Virus record (IMG/VR): IMGVR_UViG_3300045988_180666
DNA: 31,872 nt
Direction: 5' to 3' (one strand)
Source: a virus
Taxonomy: Duplodnaviria; Heunggongvirae; Uroviricota; Caudoviricetes
Below the pieces are notes generated by a model that saw only the letters and a program-made list of their open reading frames with translations, was not told the origin of the DNA and ran no database searches. How positions within the stretch are numbered: position 1 is the first letter of the stretch; the number at the start of each line of letters is the position of its first letter. Below, in pieces: positions 25,952 to 31,872 of the stretch. The position numbers were made by a program, and so were the translations under genes.

Positions 25952-28906
25952 CTAGAAAGGTTTATCACTATCTTTATCTACCTTGCTCCAGTCAATGGTA
26001 GATTGATATTCACCCCCAGCTGCAGGGACATCAGCCTTGGCAGCTTGTTTATCCTCTTTTTTATCATCACTCTTCTTGCTTCGGAGATAGATCATCTCGA
26101 CAGGGCTGCCGTCTGGGTTAGCTGGATCGCGTCTGATGATGCGGTGCTGGCTGTTGCAGAGATCAGCTGGGTTCAGCTCTTGGATGTATGGACACAGCTC
26201 GACGAAGGCTCTGAGCTTTTTGGTGAAGCTCTGTGTGGTCGCCTTGTTGATGCCTGAGAACTGCTTGAAGTCATTGAACGCACGCTCTCTCACGATAAAT
26301 GTATCGAGTCGCTCGCTCTCTTCTGAGAAGTAGGATGCAGCCCAGTCTTCGAAGTTGACACCCATGTCGGCCTTGAACTTGCGCTTGATGATGTTATCCA
26401 TCGGTGGCATGATCTTGATAGGTTCGCCAGCCAAGGAGAGATAGAAACGACAGCACTGCAGGAAAAAGTTGATGTCAGCATTCCACTCATCCTCAGTGTA
26501 TGTCTTTGAGAAGAGATCTTCGTCGAAGTCATCACGGATGCTTCGGGTCTCTTGGTAATCATTCTCCTCTGTGCGCTGATGGTAATAGTCGGAGAACACC
26601 ATATAGAGCAGTCTCGCCTCTGAGGAAGGGTCGAAGTCTGCCGGCACGTAGTTGGTGGTGAAGGCAATCTTCGGGCTATCCTCGAAAGGAATTGTGAAGC
26701 TCTGGTTGTTCTTTGGGTTGACTGTCATATCTGAAGTAATGTTATCGTAAAATAAACCTGTGTTGAGATAGCGGTCACAGTCATCGAGGAGCAGCATCTG
26801 GGTGTGCTGTGTCACCTGATCGAAGACGTGTGGGTTGTCCATCAGCTTAGGGTTGCGTCCGGAAAGCTTGACTGTTTTCATCAGCAGTGAAAGCGTCTTG
26901 AAGAAGAAACTCTTACCGGAACGGCCGTTGCACTCGTTGTTTTCACCAATCTTGTTGTCCATCGCCATCGGAGCCCAAGCCCTGGATGGTGCCTTGTAAT
27001 GATGGAGCATGTAGCCGAAGGTGAAAATCTTGTTTATCAAGTTCTGCTTTTGCTCTTGTATCTCGTTGTCGGCAAGCCCTTCGCCAGCGATGTCGAAGAG
27101 GTGTGCCTTGTGGTATGCCTCTTTCTCCTCGATGCTCTTGTCCTCAAAAGCATACTCTAGCTCTTTGCGCCAGTAGGTGCGAGAGGCGTTGATGAGATAG
27201 CCGAAGAAGTGGGACTTCACGTTCTTGACCTCGATGTCGAACTTCGGCCTGCCATCCTCGTCGATGGTTCGGGTGATGGAGAACATGTCATCCAACTTCT
27301 TGAAGTTGTGGTTGATGACATTCTCTTGCCAAACATAGTTTTTGAGCGAGCTGCCCTCACGCTGGTACTCGTTTAGTCCATCTTTGGTGACCTCGACGCT
27401 GACACGAGGGAAGAAGAACAACTGCGAGTGGTTGGTGTAGCTGGTGAAGTCTAGCGTAATCTCTTGGAGCGAGTCGAGCGCCGATGCCGACAGCTTTGGC
27501 GTGTTGAGCACCAAGTTAAGGATGTCACGCTTCTCAGCTCTCTCGATGACCCATTGGCGGCAGAACTCACGGATGTCTCTCGTGGTGATGAGCTTGACGA
27601 TGTTGCCCGTGATGCGAACATATTTGGTGATGGTCGAGTTGTCATCGTGCAAGGTATAGAAACCATTGAGACGAAGAAAATTGTAGAGGCACGCCGTGTC
27701 GATGTAGTGGTCCCAGGTGTTAGCCTTTTTGTTGAGCTTGCTCACCCAAAATCGGGCTGGCATCGCCAGTGTCATGAGGTTGCGGAAGTCTTTGCGAGTA
27801 TTGCGCAGCTCCATCCAGTCTCGCAGGTCTTTGCGCCCCTTGCCACGGTTGTCGTGGTAGGTGCGAAGCCAAGAAGGCAACCATATCGTATGGATGTCGA
27901 TGAAGCGCAGGGCAAGCTCTGTGCCCTTGGCGATGCCCGTCTCGTCGATGTCGGGTATATTGTAGAGCACCTCGACATACTTCATAATCTCTCGGTACTC
28001 CTCGTCGCTGAGCTTGTAGGTCTCGGAGTTGAACCATAACGGGTTGTAGCCCATGGAACGGCAGCAGAGACTGTCACGCTCGCCACTGCAGATGAAAGCC
28101 TCGGGAAGTTTCTTCTCCTTGTAAGGCTTGGACTCGTCTGTGTTGGTCTTGTTGTACTCAGCCTCTTCACGGCGGTTGAACTCGTGATAGGCAGCCTTCA
28201 GCTCAGCTAGGCCATTGATGTATTGCTTAGGCTTGATGCCGTCTGGGGTGTAAGAGAATCGCCACTGCTTTTGGTAGTTGAGAGGCTCATATATCTTGTA
28301 GAACTTAACCTCAGGCTTGTCGCCTTCAGCTGGGCGAACCAAGCACTCACGCATAAAGATAGGGTAGTGCTCGTTGCTGTGCTTAATCTTGACCTTGCGG
28401 TCTTTGACGTATCCTATCCACTTGGCGGAATGCCAGTTGAGCGCATCGACGTGCTCTTGCTTGACGTTTGGACCCAGTACCTTCAGTTCATCTTCGGTGA
28501 ACTTCTCGTTCAGCTCGAAAGGTCTGGTACCATCTTTCTCGTTGATGGTGGCATCACGCTCTGTGAACGTAGGCTTGTTGACCTCTTTTTTGAGTTCATC
28601 GCTAACGTTGTATTCGGAAGCCAGTCGCAGGATAGCATCAGGAAAGCGGTCGATGCACTTCTCTCTCATGTAGAGGTCGATAGGTGACTCGGCAGATCCG
28701 TCGCCGCCGAAGTCTGTCACTCGCCAGCAGTCTTTGAACTTTTTGAGACTGCAGGAAGGTGTTTTCTCATTGCGGATGGCAAAGTGCTTTTTAGGCGTGC
28801 CAGTCGTGCAATATTTCTGGATGCATTCTTTTGCGTCCGGGTATAGTGAGATGATGATGTCGAGACCATCATCTGTAGCTTGATAAATTTGTTCTGCTTT
28901 GATCAT
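25952..28906 (-). CDS. Primase-helicase with a P4/D5-family C-terminal NTPase domain (start ATG 28906)
   Basis: Walker A GRSGKS...LLLDDCD in the C-terminal third. The large N-terminal region is primase-like. The track start at 28936 is a TTG; the ATG at 28906 (MIKAEQIYQ) is preferred. Confidence 0.65.
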   Translation of the reverse strand: MIKAEQIYQATDDGLDIIISLYPDAKECIQKYCTTGTPKKHFAIRNEKTPSCSLKKFKDCWRVTDFGGDGSAESPIDLYMREKCIDRFPDAILRLASEYNVSDELKKEVNKPTFTERDATINEKDGTRPFELNEKFTEDELKVLGPNVKQEHVDALNWHSAKWIGYVKDRKVKIKHSNEHYPIFMRECLVRPAEGDKPEVKFYKIYEPLNYQKQWRFSYTPDGIKPKQYINGLAELKAAYHEFNRREEAEYNKTNTDESKPYKEKKLPEAFICSGERDSLCCRSMGYNPLWFNSETYKLSDEEYREIMKYVEVLYNIPDIDETGIAKGTELALRFIDIHTIWLPSWLRTYHDNRGKGRKDLRDWMELRNTRKDFRNLMTLAMPARFWVSKLNKKANTWDHYIDTACLYNFLRLNGFYTLHDDNSTITKYVRITGNIVKLITTRDIREFCRQWVIERAEKRDILNLVLNTPKLSASALDSLQEITLDFTSYTNHSQLFFFPRVSVEVTKDGLNEYQREGSSLKNYVWQENVINHNFKKLDDMFSITRTIDEDGRPKFDIEVKNVKSHFFGYLINASRTYWRKELEYAFEDKSIEEKEAYHKAHLFDIAGEGLADNEIQEQKQNLINKIFTFGYMLHHYKAPSRAWAPMAMDNKIGENNECNGRSGKSFFFKTLSLLMKTVKLSGRNPKLMDNPHVFDQVTQHTQMLLLDDCDRYLNTGLFYDNITSDMTVNPKNNQSFTIPFEDSPKIAFTTNYVPADFDPSSEARLLYMVFSDYYHQRTEENDYQETRSIRDDFDEDLFSKTYTEDEWNADINFFLQCCRFYLSLAGEPIKIMPPMDNIIKRKFKADMGVNFEDWAASYFSEESERLDTFIVRERAFNDFKQFSGINKATTQSFTKKLRAFVELCPYIQELNPADLCNSQHRIIRRDPANPDGSPVEMIYLRSKKSDDKKEDKQAAKADVPAAGGEYQSTIDWSKVDKDSDKPF

Positions 28907-28933
28907 AATTCTTTTCCATTGTAAATTTGCTTG

Positions 28934-28964
28934 CAAAATTATTGCAAAGCGAGTTCAAAACAAA
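28934..28964 (-). promoter_or_regulatory. Canonical Bacteroides promoter: -33 TTTG (28964-28961), 19-nt spacer, -7 TAATTTTG (28941-28934)
   Basis: Read from the sequence. The spacing matches the TTTG / TAnnTTTG consensus. It lies 27 nt upstream of ATG 28906. Confidence 0.5.
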
Positions 28965-29074
28965 ATACTTATTTTTTGTCGCATAGAGCCTTTGGCTCAT
29001 ACTCGACGTATCTGTGGAGAGGGTGGCAGTATCTGCCATTGATGCAGTTGCTGCCATCCTCGCACTTTTGGCAT

Positions 29075-29386
29075 TTAATCGGTGGCATCGACTTTTATAT
29101 CAAAAGTGTCGTTGTGTAGCAACATCTTGGTATGAACATAAATTGGCTTTTGCTCATCCTCATCCCATCCAACCTCTCGGAAGTCTCTGCCATCGATATA
29201 GCATTCGGTGGCGTATCCTTTGTCGGTCCACTCTACGATATGGTCTTTGTCGAACTCGTCTCTTGCTGGCACTGTAGCCAGAACACGAGTGCCAAACTTG
29301 CTGTAGCTAATCTCGTGTATGGTTACGTTAGGATATTTCTCGATGATTGCCTCCTCGATAGATTTTGTCTTAGTCTTCTTTTTCAT
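29075..29386 (-). CDS. Hypothetical early protein (103 aa)
   Basis: AT-rich early region. Confidence 0.45.
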   Translation of the reverse strand: MKKKTKTKSIEEAIIEKYPNVTIHEISYSKFGTRVLATVPARDEFDKDHIVEWTDKGYATECYIDGRDFREVGWDEDEQKPIYVHTKMLLHNDTFDIKVDATD

Positions 29387-29576
29387 TGTTCTTCATTCTG
29401 AATTTAACAATACCTGCCACGATGCCGTCTTCTTGGTCATCGTAGAACATATTTAAATCTGTTGTGCCCTTATGGAGTGTACCATAGGACACGTCAACGG
29501 CAACGCTGGCATCCTCGAAATCTTTGAGGATGGCTTGAAGCTGTTTGCTGTTGCATCTGACTGTCATTTTTCCCAT
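29370..29576 (-). CDS. Hypothetical early protein (68 aa)
   Basis: Short ORF coupled to its neighbours. Confidence 0.35.
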   Translation of the reverse strand: MGKMTVRCNSKQLQAILKDFEDASVAVDVSYGTLHKGTTDLNMFYDDQEDGIVAGIVKFRMKNNEKED

Positions 29577-29788
29577 GATCCATCATTGATAATTTGCTCG
29601 ATGACCTCTCTGTCGATGGCACGCCAAGTATTGGTGCGCATCTTATTGTAGATGGTGTTCTGGCTCATCTCTAGCTTTAGCTGCAGTGTGGCCATGAACT
29701 TGCTTCTCTTTTTGCGTGGTATCTCATTATACCATGCGAGGATGATATTTTCATCATCATTTTTTTGTTTTTTTCTTGCATATTCCAA
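29564..29788 (-). CDS. Cro/excisionase-like small DNA-binding protein
   Basis: 74 aa. The segment MATLQLKLEMSQNTIYNKMRTNTW resembles an HTH. It is divergent from the repressor gene. A TAACTTTG -7 box lies 21 nt upstream. Confidence 0.45.
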   Translation of the reverse strand: MEYARKKQKNDDENIILAWYNEIPRKKRSKFMATLQLKLEMSQNTIYNKMRTNTWRAIDREVIEQIINDGSWEK

Positions 29789-29902
29789 TATTTATTATTA
29801 ATTTTGTTGCAAAGTTAGTAATAAAAATCGGAAAATACTAACGAAAGTAAGTAAAAACACCTACGATAATAGGTTAAATATTATTAATTAAATTAGGTAA
29901 TT
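29789..29902. promoter_or_regulatory. Divergent switch region between the Cro-like and repressor genes, with an 11-mer direct repeat TATTATTAATT at each end
   Basis: Copies at 29793-29803 and 29879-29889. TAACTTTG (minus strand) at 29817-29810. Contains motifs shared with the region at 25244-25269. Confidence 0.5.
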
Positions 29903-30280
29903 ATGTTTAATGGTCAGATAATCAGAAAGTTAATGTCGGATGCTGGCTTAACTAAAAAAGAGTTTGAAAGACGTATGTTCGGTAGTAAATCGACCGACCT
30001 CAACCATTTGGAAAAAGCGAAGAATCTTCGCAGTGACACTCTCGAACGTCTGCGTGATGTGTTGAAGTGCTCTATGGATGACTTCTTTACAGCACCCTCA
30101 TGGGCTGAGAACGGAAAGGGGACAGTCGTAGGCTCTAACAATGTGCTGTCAACAGTAGCCATCGGCAACGAAGTGATGGAAGCCCAATATCTCAAGGAGT
30201 TGCTCTTGGAGAAGGACAAACGCATCAGCACTTTGGAAAATTATATCAAGCTTCTGGAGACTAACTTAAATAAGGACTAA
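29903..30280 (+). CDS. XRE-family HTH transcriptional repressor (CI-like)
   Basis: The N-terminus LTKKEFERRMFGSKSTDLNHLEKAKNLRSDTLERLRDVL is HTH_XRE-like. The C-terminus has a coiled coil. It is divergent from the cro-like gene. Confidence 0.6.
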   Translation: MFNGQIIRKLMSDAGLTKKEFERRMFGSKSTDLNHLEKAKNLRSDTLERLRDVLKCSMDDFFTAPSWAENGKGTVVGSNNVLSTVAIGNEVMEAQYLKELLLEKDKRISTLENYIKLLETNLNKD

Positions 30281-30510
30281 TACGAAACATAATTCGTAAG
30301 ATGAATCCTTATATATAATAAGGTGTATAAAATATATCGTATAATCTCAGCAGTGATATCCAACTCGTTAGTCCTGCCGCCGCAACTAGTTTCGGGTAAG
30401 AAGTTGGTAAACAACATCTTATCCGATTTCTGTTTTTCTATTGGAACTATATCAGAACGAAATACTTTCCATTCCACATTCCTTTGATATTCAATATTTA
30501 ACACTTATTA

Positions 30511-30566
30511 TTTGCGTATATTGAATAAAAGTGCTACTTTTGCACATTGATAATTTATTGTGCAAC
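30511..30566 (+). promoter_or_regulatory. TetR gene promoter and operator: -33 TTTG, -7 TACTTTTG, 26-bp palindrome
   Basis: -33 TTTG at 30511-30514, a 20-nt spacer, then -7 TACTTTTG at 30535-30542. The palindrome TTGCACA-N12-TGTGCAA (30540-30565) overlaps the predicted transcription start. Confidence 0.55.
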
Positions 30567-30591
30567 CAAATCTCGATGGAGGTACTTCGTT

Positions 30592-31188
30592 ATGTCAATA
30601 TCAAAAACTAGACAGAAATTAGTGGATGTCGCTCGACAACTCTTTGCAAAGAACGGAATCGCCAATACAACGATGAATGACATCGCTGTGGCTTCTGGTA
30701 AGGGACGTCGCACGCTTTATACCTATTTTAGTCGTAAGGAGGACGTCTATTACGCAGTGATAGAGTCGGAATTGGAGCGCCTTTCTGACAAACTTGACGA
30801 AGTGGCCGCCAGTAAGATTCGACCTCAAGACAAAATCATCGAATTGATTTATACCCACTTGAGCATGATCAAGGAGACTGTTGTCAGAAATGGAAATCTG
30901 AGAGCTGAGTTCTTCCGCAATATTTGGATGGTGGAAAAGGCTCGCAAGAATTTCGATGAAGACGAGATAGAACTTCTCAGGAAGGTTTATTCCGAGGGCA
31001 AGGCGGACGGCGAGTTTGACATCGATAATGTAGATTTGGTGGCTGACATCACACACTATTGCATCAAAGGTCTCGAAGTTCCGTTTATCTATGGGCGATT
31101 GGGACATGGCTTGAACGTGGAGTCGAGCAAACCGCTGGTTGCCAAGGTTGTCTATGGTGCTTTAGGAAAGTCGGGAATGAAGTTGTAA
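30592..31188 (+). CDS. TetR/AcrR-family transcriptional regulator
   Basis: The N-terminus RQKLVDVARQLFAKNGIANTTMNDIAVASGKGRRTLYTYF is a classic TetR HTH. ATG at 30592. Confidence 0.75.
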   Translation: MSISKTRQKLVDVARQLFAKNGIANTTMNDIAVASGKGRRTLYTYFSRKEDVYYAVIESELERLSDKLDEVAASKIRPQDKIIELIYTHLSMIKETVVRNGNLRAEFFRNIWMVEKARKNFDEDEIELLRKVYSEGKADGEFDIDNVDLVADITHYCIKGLEVPFIYGRLGHGLNVESSKPLVAKVVYGALGKSGMKL

Positions 31189-31329
31189 GAGATTGCTTGC
31201 TAGAATAGCGAAATGCTCTTTTTCTGTTATTCAAAGTATATTGAATGATGGACTAAACTTTCTTGCAAATTCTCAGCAAATCACAAATTGAATAATATAA
31301 AGTGTTAAATATCAAATAAATAAAAAGAA

Positions 31330-31872
31330 AATGGGATTATTAACAGGTAAGACAGCCCTTATTACAGGTGCTGCACGCGGCATCGGTAAAGCTGTCGCAA
31401 TGAAATTCGCATCAGAAGGTGCTAACATCGCATTCACAGACCTAGTTCTCAATGACGACATGGCTGCTGGTTTGGAAGCTACTCGTAAGGAAATCGAGGC
31501 TCTTGGCGTAACATGCCGTGCTTATGCTGGTAACGCTGCTGATTTCGCGGAGACAGACAAGACTGTTAAGCAGATTCATGCTGACTTCGGTTCTATCGAT
31601 ATTTTGGTTAACAACGCTGGTATCACTAAGGATGGTTTGATGCTCCGTATGAGCGAGGCTCAGTGGGATGCTGTGTTGAACGTTAACTTGAAGTCTGCTT
31701 TCAACTTCATCCACGCTTGTTCTCCTATCATGCTCCGTCAGCGCAGCGGTTCTATCATCAACATGGCTTCTGTAGTAGGTGTTCATGGTAACGCAGGTCA
31801 GTGCAACTATGCAGCTTCTAAGGCTGGTATGATTGCTTTGGCTAAGTCTATCGCTCAGGAGTTGGGTCCTAA
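31330..31872 (+). CDS. fabG: SDR-family 3-oxoacyl-ACP reductase (FabG-like), C-terminus beyond the window edge
   Basis: Manual translation: MGLLTGKTALITGAARGIGKAV...NNAGITKDG...YAASKAG. It has the TGxxxGIG Rossmann motif, NNAG and YxxxK. It is absent from the track because it is edge-truncated. Confidence 0.65.

Noticed and set aside
1-31872. Integrase/recombinase or transposase anywhere in the window
   Set aside because: No ORF shows tyrosine- or serine-recombinase or DDE signatures. Integration machinery must lie outside the window or be absent.

Overview
The window looks like the right-hand ~30 kb of a tailed phage or prophage from a Bacteroidales-type host, ending in two probable host genes. 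Promoter-like sites fit the Bacteroides -33 TTTG / -7 TAnnTTTG pattern. Almost all phage genes are on the minus strand.

Layout from high to low coordinates:
- 29.0-30.3 kb: an AT-rich early region with a divergent HTH repressor / Cro-like switch.
- 25.9-28.9 kb: a P4/D5-family primase-helicase.
- 25.3-25.8 kb: a TTGTAAC iteron array and a strong terminator, read as an ori-like region.
- 17.5-25.2 kb: a head-packaging block with a ClpP-like prohead protease-scaffold fusion, a major capsid protein, several unknowns, a TerS-like pair and TerL.
- 16.6-17.4 kb: an unusual 0.9 kb non-coding, purine-rich, hairpin-rich region.
- 13.6-16.6 kb: a cargo island. It holds a ComF-like PRTase + RadC/JAB cassette flanked by a 21-nt direct repeat, and a compositionally foreign three-gene block with its own promoter.
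- 1-13.5 kb: a virion/tail block, including a 1159-aa tail fibre with TADYNAL repeats and a left-edge-truncated ORF.
- 30.6-31.9 kb: a TetR regulator and an edge-truncated FabG-like SDR on the plus strand, probably host flank.

I found no rRNA, tRNA, CRISPR array, reverse transcriptase, integrase, recognisable tape-measure protein or lysin. The two edge-truncated ORFs (1..1362 minus, 31330..31872 plus) are missing from the supplied track but read open by eye. The best candidate for something new is the 13.6-17.4 kb cargo island plus the adjacent non-coding region.
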